Positions 53,878-63,441 of a stretch of DNA of 64,000 bases are shown in pieces. The notes beneath the pieces are model-generated. The model ran no database searches. It saw nothing but the letters and a program-made list of their open reading frames with translations, and was not told where the DNA came from. A program made the translations under genes and the position numbers. The DNA lies in the NCBI GenBank assembly GCA_051599415.1, contig AP039698.1:248001-312000 (forward strand). Direction: 5' to 3'. The stretch's first letter is position 1. Every line of letters starts with the position of its first letter. The stretch comes from Savitreella phatthalungensis. Its lineage: Eukaryota.

Positions 53878-54990
53878 ATGAGTGACCCAGAGGAGACGGT
53901 AGCGTCGGTGGCAAGAGCGTCTGGTATTGACGCTACGACCTCAGAGCCTAAGAATCCTGTAGATTCTGTATTAGCAGGCTCGACAGGCGAGGCAATAGCC
54001 ACTGTCGGGGATACAGCCGGCCGGAAGCAGTTCTACGATAGCGAAGGCAACCCGATCAGCAAGAACCAGTTCAAGAAGCTCCGCCGGAAGGAAGCCTACG
54101 ATGCTACACGCATGGAGCGTCGCCAGGCGCTGCGTTCTCGGAAGAAGGAGAATCGGAAACGCCGTCACGAGGAGCTGATGGCTGACCCCCATCGGCTTGC
54201 TGAGTACCGGCGTGAGCAGCAGGATCGTCAGAAGCGTCGATCGAAGGTGCGCGATTCCGGTGTGACGATCATCCTGGATTGCGAGTTCGATGAGCTGATG
54301 ACGCCGAACGAGATCATCTCGCTGTCTGGGCAGATTGCTCGGTGTTACGCAGACAACCGCGCCGCGATGCGGCGCGTGAAGCTGCTGGTGACAGGAGTCA
54401 CTGGGAAGCTTGGTGCGCGGTATCGGGATGTGCTGAAGGATGTGCAGAAGAGTTGGAAGCGGATCACCTTCTACGAACGCGCATACCTTGGTGCTCCGAC
54501 GGATGATAGCAGCGAGCCCGAGGTGGTGGCCGGGTTGAGTAAGGACAGGTTGGTGTACTTGTCAGCTGATGCGGATGAGGTGCTGGAGACGCTCGAGCCG
54601 GGGTACACGTACATTGTCGGTGGCATTGTCGACCACAACCGGTACAAGAACCTGTGCCTCGACAAGGCCCGCGCCCAGGGCATCCGGACTGCCCAGCTGC
54701 CGATCGCCAAGTACATGGACATGACCTCCCGTCGCGTCCTCACCGTCAACCAGGTCCACGAGATCTGTCTGCACTACCTCGACGGCCGCGACTGGGCTGT
54801 CGCCTTTGACAAGGCTATTCCAGGCCGCAAGATGGCCAAGGTGAAAACAAATGACGCCACCGCGCCTGTCGAGGACGAAGACGAGGACGAGCAAGATGAA
54901 GACGGCCTGGTGAAGGCTGCAGGCAAGGCCTCCTCCGACGATGATGACGATGACGAGACTGAGAATCCGGGCGATGGACAGGTAGGGTGA
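53878..54990 (+). CDS. TRM10: tRNA (guanine-9)-N1-methyltransferase
   Basis: SKNQFKKLRR, IILDCEFDELM, LVYLSADA, YIVGGIVDHNRYK, TAQLPI, VLTVNQV, IPGRK. ATG at 53878. Confidence 0.95.
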   Translation: MSDPEETVASVARASGIDATTSEPKNPVDSVLAGSTGEAIATVGDTAGRKQFYDSEGNPISKNQFKKLRRKEAYDATRMERRQALRSRKKENRKRRHEELMADPHRLAEYRREQQDRQKRRSKVRDSGVTIILDCEFDELMTPNEIISLSGQIARCYADNRAAMRRVKLLVTGVTGKLGARYRDVLKDVQKSWKRITFYERAYLGAPTDDSSEPEVVAGLSKDRLVYLSADADEVLETLEPGYTYIVGGIVDHNRYKNLCLDKARAQGIRTAQLPIAKYMDMTSRRVLTVNQVHEICLHYLDGRDWAVAFDKAIPGRKMAKVKTNDATAPVEDEDEDEQDEDGLVKAAGKASSDDDDDDETENPGDGQVG

Positions 54991-55091
54991 CCGGGAAGAA
55001 AGCATGTTGCATCCTTGTACAGGGGTTCGCACATACACAAACATAGATGATTACGGGTATTCATGCATGTCATTACAGGTTAGTTTGTGGT

Positions 55092-56342
55092 CTAGAAATC
55101 GAGCGAGCCCTCGGCTTTGCGTTTCTTCTGCTGTAGTTCGTCAGCGAGGATGGCGTCGACGTGTTGCTTGAACAGGTCGACGTAGGGTTTGAGTGAGGTT
55201 TTGTCGTGGTCGGGGATGGTTGGGTGGTCTGCGGATTCAGGTTGGCTCTGGTTTGCGGCTTGCCAAGCATCGACCTGCTTGAGGAGGTCGTGGACTGTGG
55301 GTACGGTGAAGGGGTTGAAGCTGTCGATCTCGGTCGCATCCATCGGCACACAGACCCGTCCTGTGCCCGGGTGTATGCAGAATGGTGATTTGAGAAGATG
55401 GTTGAGGTGCTTTGACACTTCTGCATCCAGTCTCGGGTAGCTGTACTCGAGCACTAAGTCTTGCTTTGCTGCCTGGAGGTCCTTCGTGTTTAAACCTGTG
55501 CATGTCTTTGCGACGACATCGATGTCTGACCATTTCTGGAAGGACCTCCTACCTGGTTGAGCAGCCCACCGCTTCCTCAGCGTCTCCCTCAGACCACCGC
55601 TGTCCGGCAGCCGGGCGAGTAGACGCTCTGCGCCTTCCGCCTCTAGCCATGGCTCCTGCTCGTCCAGGATATCTCCCTTGAATGAGTCCTTCAGGATATC
55701 TAGACTCCTTGCGACTGAAGGATGCAGGGGTCTGCGGAGATCCAGGGGTTTCTTTCCTCCTGGACCTGAACCACCTCCTCGGACGACTTCGAGGTAGGTG
55801 GCTATGGCTCTGCGCTCTTGGTCGCCCAGTTGCCTTGCCTGCTTGTCGGACACCCAGGCGTGTGCGCCACGTCTGCCAGAGTACACCCACAGAATATGGC
55901 GAAAGCCAAAGTCCTCCCGCAGCGCCTTGTCCACCACTTTCACCGCAAACACAACAAACTTCCAGCACTTCTCACAGATGTCCGTCTTGCTACAGCATGT
56001 GCGGATGCCATCGTAGTCCGTCAGGTCGATATCGAATACGAGTTCCTTCTCCAGAGGTCTGAAGGACGCCTTTCTTAGGGTCTTTCGGTCTCGTGGATTT
56101 GCGCTGTAGACAGGACCAATTTCGAAACGACTTGGAGCAAGCCGAAGGACTTCCTTCTTAAAAGCTTCGTGTGAGGGGAATGACTGATACCGCAGATACG
56201 CGTCATTTTGCAAGGTGAACGCAAGTTCGCGATGAGTGAAGTCCTTTGTAGGCACTTGAGCGTGGTTCAGCCATTGAAACAAAGGCTTGAATGGGAATAG
56301 ACGTTGGTAGAATGCTAGGAGAACTTCATTATCGACGCCCAT
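55092..56342 (-). CDS. PRI1: DNA primase small (catalytic) subunit
   Basis: RELAFTL, EKELVFDIDLTDY, WVYSGRRGAHAW, YPRLDAEVSKHLNHLLKSPFCIHPGTG. ATG at 56342. Confidence 0.98.
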   Translation of the reverse strand: MGVDNEVLLAFYQRLFPFKPLFQWLNHAQVPTKDFTHRELAFTLQNDAYLRYQSFPSHEAFKKEVLRLAPSRFEIGPVYSANPRDRKTLRKASFRPLEKELVFDIDLTDYDGIRTCCSKTDICEKCWKFVVFAVKVVDKALREDFGFRHILWVYSGRRGAHAWVSDKQARQLGDQERRAIATYLEVVRGGGSGPGGKKPLDLRRPLHPSVARSLDILKDSFKGDILDEQEPWLEAEGAERLLARLPDSGGLRETLRKRWAAQPGRRSFQKWSDIDVVAKTCTGLNTKDLQAAKQDLVLEYSYPRLDAEVSKHLNHLLKSPFCIHPGTGRVCVPMDATEIDSFNPFTVPTVHDLLKQVDAWQAANQSQPESADHPTIPDHDKTSLKPYVDLFKQHVDAILADELQQKKRKAEGSLDF

Positions 56343-56367
56343 GACTGTGATGCTGAAAGCAAGCACG

Positions 56368-56408
56368 ACGCGTCTTTATGTCTCTTCTAAGCTACAGTAC
56401 AGACGCGT
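56368..56408. promoter_or_regulatory. Two MCB (ACGCGT) G1/S elements upstream of PRI1
   Basis: ACGCGT at 56368-56373 and 56403-56408, directly upstream of a DNA replication gene. Confidence 0.65.
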
Positions 56409-56677
56409 TATAATCAAATATTGATCGTTCGTGATCTCGAATACGTGCACAGGAAATTCAAAATCAACATTCACACGTGATGAGATATCAGAGTAGATGT
56501 GAGGATGCATGATGCGGATAGTGTAGCTGGGAGCTCGTAGCTATGGATGAGTGGCATGCAGGACGAGCTGTGCTATAACAAGCTCGTCATGTTAGGGGAA
56601 ATGTGTTCAATGCTGATGCGGATGCTTGCGTAAAGAAGAAGGGAGCGACATATTGTTGATTCGGGATTCGTGGAGGA

Positions 56678-59600
56678 TTACTTTCGAGACTTGCGCGATG
56701 GTTTAACCTTGATGCTTGTAGACCATTCATCTTGCTGGGGAGCCGGGTTTGACTTGACGATCGAGTTCCAGCCGCCCATAGTGTCTGAGGCTGCACCACC
56801 TGTTGCTCCTGAGGCAGAGGCAGCGGCGGCAGCAGCCGTGTGCTCAGAGACAGTCTTGTTTTGACCATCGCCGTTCCGGAGATCGTCACGACGACGGCGG
56901 ACCCATTCCTGAGCAAATCGACGGCCGTCGAGCGTTCTGCTGTTGGCGTAGACGCTGTCGCTGATGATCTCCTGTGTCTCCTTGCCGGCGTCTGTGCCGA
57001 AAGACAGAAGCAATTGCAGGAAACCCTCAAAATCGACACCGGCATTCAGACCCTTGAGCGAAGAGTGCGCCCAGTTATAAAACTCTGCAGAGATCGCATT
57101 CGGGTCCGATGGTGTGGCCGCTGCAGCTGACGCCGCTGCTGTCGTCTGCTGTCTGGCGGGCACAGATACAGTTGAGATTGTCTTGGCCATTACTGGGCGT
57201 GGGGCGTTGGTCGGGATTGATGGGGCTTGCCGGGTGGCGACAGGCGTCACGACACGACCTCCGGCTCCGACGGTGGCCCAAGAGGAGTCGATGTTGGCCG
57301 TGCCGCTGCTGCGCGCAACCGAGTCCGCATATCGGGAACCGGTTGTGATCGACTGCTGCATGGATGCTGGTAGAGAAGCTGTAGCAGCCCTCGTTTGAGC
57401 AGCCTGCTGAGCAGCTCTTGCCTTCGCCGCCTTTTCTTCCTCGAGCTGGATTTGTGCGAGCGTCTTCTTGCCAGATGCTGCACCAGCGGCCTTCCATGGC
57501 GCACCTGTAGCAGGGGAAGCCCCGGGAGAGGACACGTCAAGGTTCTTTTCGGCCCATGTCAAGTTCAGGACGGCCTCAGCGGGCGTTGCGCTCTGTGAGG
57601 CTGCGGCGAGTGAGGCTTGCTGAGCACGCAGTTGTTCTGCAGCCTGCTTCTCGAGTCTGCGGCGGTGAGCTGCCTGTTGTGCCTCGAGGTCTTGGATCTC
57701 CTTCAAAGACTTGCCCTTCTCGGAAGTCGCCTTGGCCCATGGTGCTGGCACGGCGGACGACGTTGGTGTCGATGGTGTAACGGCCGCCTGCTCGCCGATA
57801 TATTCGGCAAGAGCCACATTGTCAAGGTGCTTGCTGACAACTTCGATGTCAGCCGTCTGCTCTTTAGCAGTTGGCTTTACTGCTTGCGCGGCGTTGACTT
57901 CAGGTTGTGCAGGTGTGTCGATGGGGCTGCGAAGTCTTTCGTCCTGAACGGGGCCTTCAACGGGTGCCTGTGCTAACTGCGCTGGCTGCTCTTTTTCTTC
58001 ACCGACCGCCTCTTCTGGCTCGAGTGCTTGGTCAAGGATTGAGCTGGGCTCGACAGAGACAGGCACCCATGGTGAGTGCTTTGAATCGGCAAAGGCAGCT
58101 GACGCGCCCCTAGCGGAGTGTTCTGGCGTCTCCGAGCTAGGGTTGTCGAAGATGCCTGCTCCAAAATCCTGTTGCGGTGCAACGGAACGTGATCCGAGCT
58201 GCTGCTGTTGTTGCTGCTGCTGGTGCTGGTGGTGCTGCTGTTGCTGCTGTGGCTGTTGGTGATGCTGAGTTTGGAATGGTTGTTGCTGGTGCTGAGCAGG
58301 CATGGGAGGCTGTTGCTGCTGGTGCCATGCATCGCTCTCACCAAATGCTCCACTGCTCGGAGCAGGCGGAGCGAAACCCATGCCACTCGAAGAGCGCTCA
58401 TACGGACTGCCGCCTCCGTAAGATTGCTGCTGCGGGCGCCCGTACTGTGGCTGACCATAAGCGCCATACGGTCCAAGACCTACACCATAAGCGCCGGCTG
58501 TGCCCCCAAGTGGATTGTTGAACCCGCCATACATACCTGGTCCGATGCCGTAGCCTGAGAGGCCCCCGTGTTGCGGCATACGTTGTGAAGCCATCTGCTG
58601 AGCCATCTGCTGTTGCAGGAACTCACGTTGCCTGTGCATCAGGTACTGTTCCTCCTGCTTGCGACGCTCGAGCGCATTCTGCTGCTCTGCCGTCAGCGTC
58701 GTGCCAAATGATGGGAACGATTGCGGAAAAGGGGGCTGTCCTGTGCCCCAGTTGGCCGCGCCTCCACTTGATGATCCCCAACCATTGTTTTCACTGGCGC
58801 TGCCATTGTTGAATGCGTTCCCAGCTGACGATGCTCGACCGTCGCCTGGCACCTGGCTAACAGGAACGCGCGACGGCAAGGGGACGAGGAATGGTTCGCG
58901 CTGATTGCCGATGCGACGGACGAGAATCGAGAGTGGCTCGAAATCTTCGTCTTCCTCACGTTTGACAAGCAGATTCGGCTGGAAGAATCCTGCCTTATAC
59001 CAATCATGCATTTCGAGCCCGGAGAATGGTCCCTGATTTTGACCAGTCGGGTCTCGGTACATCCACTTGAGCTTGTCCGGCATGACCATCACTCGTGCCA
59101 TCTGCTGTGGCTGATGCTGCTGCTGCTGCTGCTGCTGCTGCGCGGGCTGCTGTGCAGACGATTGTTGGCCTGAGCCGATGTCTTGACGCGAGCCTGGTGT
59201 CGTGGAAGATCCATTTTGGCTGTTGTTACCAATCGGTGGAGATGTCGAGGATGTCGTGTCAATAAAGGCAGAGCGTGCCGAAGGCACGTGGCTGAAGGGA
59301 GATCCCGCGGATCCGACAGTCGACTTGTGGGTTCCAAACAAATCAGGCAAGCCAGTGCTGAGAGGATTGTAAGCCTGCTCGACGAATCGGCTTTGTGCCT
59401 GATTTGCGCGACCGAGGGTGCTGTTATCGCTGTCATTGCCGGCGGATGTGTGTTCGAGTGACTGTGCCTGGTACATGTCAGTCAGGCGTGCCACAGGGCT
59501 TGCATCGGCAGCAGCAGTGTTCGCAGCAGCAACAGAGGCGGAATTGGCAGGAGGTCGGGGTAGACCAGACGTCGCGGCAGTGGCGGCCTTGGTCGTTTCT

Positions 59601-60562
59601 TCGTCGTTGTTGTCCCTCCAAGGGGAGCTGGTGCGTTGCTGATCAAAAACGCCGAGGCTAGCAAGTCTGCTTGTGCTCCGACCAGCAGACGACAACGTCG
59701 AAAAGGGCTCCCGTGGGGACTCCCGAACGGAAGTAGTACTTCTCGTTGCTGCAGTCGCTACGACCGGAGATGCAGAAGAGGGCTTCGGGGCTTCTGTGGC
59801 TCTTTCAGGCGTGCTAAGCGTAGCTTGAGCTGCAGTTTCCTGCTTTGCTTCCACTGCAGGGGTCTTAGCCTGGTCCTCAGTCGGAGCTTCAACATATCGT
59901 GACCTGGCAGACTTTGTATGTGTGCTACTCGTTGCGCCAGCAGGAGTTGGAGTTGAAGCTGAAACTGGGCCGGTTGTGCCTGCTGAAGCTGAATCTGTGG
60001 GTACGCGTGGGGCACGTCCTTCTTTTCCGCTGCGCCTGTTTCCGCCAGTGCCTCCGCCGGTGTCAGCATTGCCCTCTCCCCTGCGCGGCTTGGGCTCGCT
60101 ATTGATGTTGCCCGCAAGCAGCTTGCGCTCCTGGTCTGACAAGGGCTTTGCGTTGACCGGCTGAACCGGGGAAGGTGCCATGATCTGGTCGTAGCGCTCG
60201 AAATCGAGTGCAACATGCTGCTTACGAGCGTCAGCGATGCCGTTGACCCCTGATAAAGCTGAAGTTGCAGCTGTGCCATGACCGCTGAAATTTCCCGAGA
60301 GTTGTGAAGGGTTACTGGTGGCGTGATGGGTGCTTGTTCCTGCGTTGACACTATGACTTGCTGTACTGCTGCCGCTGCCGGTGCTGTTCATCATGGCCCA
60401 TACCTGCATCATGGCATGCTTGCTATACTTGAATGGATTTTCGCTCGAGGCTTGGACGCCGGTTGAGTCCTGGGTTGTTTGAGCCTGGACTGAGCCTACG
60501 ATCGAGCTGTAGGAGCCTCCTGAGCCGTTGTGGAGTCTTGAGGTGGTCGCGTGGGGTGTCAT
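56678..60562 (-). CDS. GYF-domain protein (Smy2/Syh1/Mpd2, GIGYF-like)
   Basis: KWMYRDPTGQNQGPFSGLEMHDWYKAGFF; N-terminal FKYSKHAMM; KSLKEIQ and KTLAQIQ repeats; YANSRTLDGRRFAQEW; polyQ tracts. 5' UTR intron 60568-60651 (GTACGC...TACTGAC...CAG). Confidence 0.92.
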   Translation of the reverse strand: MTPHATTSRLHNGSGGSYSSIVGSVQAQTTQDSTGVQASSENPFKYSKHAMMQVWAMMNSTGSGSSTASHSVNAGTSTHHATSNPSQLSGNFSGHGTAATSALSGVNGIADARKQHVALDFERYDQIMAPSPVQPVNAKPLSDQERKLLAGNINSEPKPRRGEGNADTGGGTGGNRRSGKEGRAPRVPTDSASAGTTGPVSASTPTPAGATSSTHTKSARSRYVEAPTEDQAKTPAVEAKQETAAQATLSTPERATEAPKPSSASPVVATAATRSTTSVRESPREPFSTLSSAGRSTSRLASLGVFDQQRTSSPWRDNNDEETTKAATAATSGLPRPPANSASVAAANTAAADASPVARLTDMYQAQSLEHTSAGNDSDNSTLGRANQAQSRFVEQAYNPLSTGLPDLFGTHKSTVGSAGSPFSHVPSARSAFIDTTSSTSPPIGNNSQNGSSTTPGSRQDIGSGQQSSAQQPAQQQQQQQQHQPQQMARVMVMPDKLKWMYRDPTGQNQGPFSGLEMHDWYKAGFFQPNLLVKREEDEDFEPLSILVRRIGNQREPFLVPLPSRVPVSQVPGDGRASSAGNAFNNGSASENNGWGSSSGGAANWGTGQPPFPQSFPSFGTTLTAEQQNALERRKQEEQYLMHRQREFLQQQMAQQMASQRMPQHGGLSGYGIGPGMYGGFNNPLGGTAGAYGVGLGPYGAYGQPQYGRPQQQSYGGGSPYERSSSGMGFAPPAPSSGAFGESDAWHQQQQPPMPAQHQQQPFQTQHHQQPQQQQQHHQHQQQQQQQQLGSRSVAPQQDFGAGIFDNPSSETPEHSARGASAAFADSKHSPWVPVSVEPSSILDQALEPEEAVGEEKEQPAQLAQAPVEGPVQDERLRSPIDTPAQPEVNAAQAVKPTAKEQTADIEVVSKHLDNVALAEYIGEQAAVTPSTPTSSAVPAPWAKATSEKGKSLKEIQDLEAQQAAHRRRLEKQAAEQLRAQQASLAAASQSATPAEAVLNLTWAEKNLDVSSPGASPATGAPWKAAGAASGKKTLAQIQLEEEKAAKARAAQQAAQTRAATASLPASMQQSITTGSRYADSVARSSGTANIDSSWATVGAGGRVVTPVATRQAPSIPTNAPRPVMAKTISTVSVPARQQTTAAASAAAATPSDPNAISAEFYNWAHSSLKGLNAGVDFEGFLQLLLSFGTDAGKETQEIISDSVYANSRTLDGRRFAQEWVRRRRDDLRNGDGQNKTVSEHTAAAAAASASGATGGAASDTMGGWNSIVKSNPAPQQDEWSTSIKVKPSRKSRK

Positions 60563-60912
60563 GCGTGCTGTTGAGAAGACAGGTCAGTATTTGGGGAGGG
60601 GTCGAGGTAGGAGGCAGTGATGGTAATCGTGAGGGGGAAAATTGAGCGTACCTGTTCCTGTAGAATAATTGATCCTTGAACTTTGTGAAGTAGAGGGTTA
60701 GGATTGTCTGTTGGGCGTGCTGCAGTGAGATGATGGCGTCTGACTGAGTCGATCGTTGCGGGTCTAGATCGATGGAGTGATTTGACCTGGACGCTTTGTC
60801 GTGTGCCGCGCGTTTCTCTCGTCTCAGTGTGTGCGTATGTGTGGTTGAGGTGATTTTTGTTCTGTATGAAGAACGAATGGAGGATTTCAGCTTGACTTGG
60901 GACTCTAGGATG

Positions 60913-61865
60913 GGTGAGTGAGTGAGTGAGTCAGTGAGTGAGTGAATGGACTGGTGGAGTATGTGTCTGTCACTCTGTCACCCACAGTGCAGAGTAGAGG
61001 TGAAGGTGAGTGTGAGCGTGTGCGTGTGCTCTCTCTCTCACTCTCACTCACTCTCTCACTCACTTACTCTCTCTCACTCACTCACTCATTCACTCTCTCA
61101 CTTCTCTAAATTCTCTCTACGCTGTAACTGGAAAATGCATTCACTTGAATTTTGATTTAAATTTCCACTCTCACTCTCTTATTCACTCAAGTTGATTTTC
61201 ATATGCAGCTAATTAGATTCATTCATTCGAGATCTTCACGATCGATAGAATCCTTCAATTGTTTGTTTGTTTGAGTCAAGGAACAATTTAAACTCATAAT
61301 TCAAATCAAAATCCGGAATTTTCAAATGCACGATCGAATTTTAGATACGCTGATGAGTGGATGAATGGATGGATGGATGGATGTATGGATACGTTGATTA
61401 CTCTCTCACACACTCACACCTACACACACACACACACACACACACATATCTGACTATCGCTGCTCGATTCCTTGCAATCTAAATTCTGAAATCCAAAAGT
61501 TGGATGCACGTAAATTAAATTACGTTCACCACCTGCACCAACCACAACCACAACCACATGCACATGCATTGAAGAAACTCCAGCTGCATATGTGACGTAA
61601 ATCCAAATTAGAACAGCTCGATTTCATGTGGACGTAACACATGTGCAGATATATCGATCAATTGCATTGCATAGCTGCAGAGCATCCAGTCAATCGGAAA
61701 TGCACAACCTCTCCCCAAGGTGCACCACTCATCCCATCAACCAGCGAGCGTAATCACTGCGCTCCCCTCCGGTCAATACTCAGCTCAAGTCAAGTCAAGA
61801 GTCAACCGAAGTCATAAGTAAGCTGGACTCAAGTACAATCTAGTGGAGTCAAGTTCACTCAAGTA
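60913..61865. repeat. Microsatellite-rich divergent promoter: (TGAG)n, (CTCA)n, (GGAT)n, (CA)n, (CCACAA)n, (CAAGT)n
   Basis: Runs at approximately 60913-60945, 61030-61100, 61355-61390, 61405-61447, 61530-61560 and 61785-61865. Confidence 0.85.
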
Positions 61866-62002
61866 TTAGGAACATTGAATGAAAGTTCCCCTTTCGCCTA
61901 CACGACCATGAGATAGTCTCCATCCCTTGCCCTTCTTCTCACAGATCCACCTTTTGATCCCCCTCGCCCACCAACCCATCAGATCCTCGCCCTTCTCACC
62001 AC

Positions 62003-63388
62003 ATGCACGAGATCATCACCCTTCAGCTTGGTACTTCAGCCAATTACCTTGCCACACACTTCTGGAACATCCAAGAACATGCAGTACGTTCCCCAACGCC
62101 CACTTCCCATCATCTTCCCCTCGAAGACATTGTTGATCATGACGTCCTCTTCCGCCAGGGACTAGCGCCTGATAGATCCACCGTCACTTTCACACCCAGA
62201 GCCCTCATCTATGACAGAGGAAGAAGCTTTGGTGCTCTCAAACGCGTCAATGAACTCTACCAAGAACCAGAGCTCAAACAGGACCCGTCCGGAGCAGAGT
62301 CACTCGAGAAAATAGAGCAAGACCAGTTCCCACTTCATCCCTTCCAAACATCCTTGGACGAGACAGAGGATGGCGCAGGTGACAGCTCCCTACTATCTGA
62401 CAACAACGTCAACGCCTGGTCAGACTATGCCACACAATTCTTCCATCCACGCAGCTACCTCCAAGTAAACCCAACAGCTTCATCCCAGTTGAATTTTGAC
62501 GACTTTGATCACGGCGTTGACCTTTTCCGCCAACGAGACGCACAAGTCGAGATCTTTGACAATGACTTGCGCTCCTTCCTGGAGGACTCCGATGGGCTAC
62601 AAGGCTTCCAGATTATCGCATCCCTCTCTGACGGCTGGTCAGGCTTCACTTCATCCATGGTCACTCTCCTGGCAGACGAGCTTCCCAAGCAGACCAGATG
62701 GCTCTTCGCCACGGGCTCTCCCGCAAGCCGCCTCCATCATCACAACATTGCACGCACTCTCGCGGACACGGAAGAGAATCTCACTGCATTCGTACCTTTT
62801 CTCACACGTGCATCATATTCCGCTTCAGCAGACGCCGCCGCCTGGCTGGATGACCTGACCTTGCCTGCCAGAAGACTGAATGACAAGCTTGCCTACAGCG
62901 ACATCACCTCTTTCCTCTACACTGATCGCATCCTTCGCTCTGCAAAACACGGCTCGCAGTCTCTGACACCATCGTTGGATGTCACAGCTCCGAGCGAGCG
63001 CCGCTTCCTCGTCACTCGAACACCCCCAAACGACAGCACAGGCACACCTGCACGGGACGGTCTCGAGAGTGCACTCGGTCAGGACAGCGCATTGACGACG
63101 ACCTATTCCTGGCCACGGGCACGCCTGCTCCCAAAGTGCTTCCCTCACACACAAGCTTGGTCCTCAGGCACGGACGACCGGTCTGTCTCGATCGAGGACT
63201 CCGCGACAGGTGCACGGACATTTTTGAAAGATCTGCGAGATATGGTCCAAGGAATTCGTGGCGCGCACGGCTACACTGAGCGCAAGGAGCTCGTCTCTGA
63301 GTTACTCGAATATGAGGATAGGTACCGTGGCGAAATGGATGAGGAACTAGGTTCGAGCGCCGGCGACGAAGACGAGGACTTTGTATAA
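62003..63388 (+). CDS. DML1: Misato/Dml1 tubulin-related protein
   Basis: MHEIITLQLG...THFWNIQE, VLFRQG, TFTPRALIYD, WSDY..FFHPRS, LRSFLEDSDGLQGFQI, GWSGF. Confidence 0.95.
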   Translation: MHEIITLQLGTSANYLATHFWNIQEHAVRSPTPTSHHLPLEDIVDHDVLFRQGLAPDRSTVTFTPRALIYDRGRSFGALKRVNELYQEPELKQDPSGAESLEKIEQDQFPLHPFQTSLDETEDGAGDSSLLSDNNVNAWSDYATQFFHPRSYLQVNPTASSQLNFDDFDHGVDLFRQRDAQVEIFDNDLRSFLEDSDGLQGFQIIASLSDGWSGFTSSMVTLLADELPKQTRWLFATGSPASRLHHHNIARTLADTEENLTAFVPFLTRASYSASADAAAWLDDLTLPARRLNDKLAYSDITSFLYTDRILRSAKHGSQSLTPSLDVTAPSERRFLVTRTPPNDSTGTPARDGLESALGQDSALTTTYSWPRARLLPKCFPHTQAWSSGTDDRSVSIEDSATGARTFLKDLRDMVQGIRGAHGYTERKELVSELLEYEDRYRGEMDEELGSSAGDEDEDFV

Positions 63389-63441
63389 AGCGGTCCTCCC
63401 ATCGCCGTCAATACAGACAACATTGCAAGTTCTCTTCAGCC

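Noticed and set aside
53450..53914. Apparent overlap of a 649-aa ARP9 ORF with TRM10
   Set aside because: The extension translates promoter microsatellite (THTHTH) and antisense TRM10 sequence. Arp9 similarity starts at MPLRDEQ (53449).
58197..58325. CAG/CAA repeats here and in BCK1 and SWI1, and GAT/GAC repeats in SQS1
   Set aside because: Ordinary coding polyQ and polyD tracts, not arrays or mobile elements.
60913..61865. Repeat-rich interval as a CRISPR array, telomere or transposon
   Set aside because: The units are 2-6 nt simple repeats with no spacers, terminal inverted repeats, target-site duplications or transposase.
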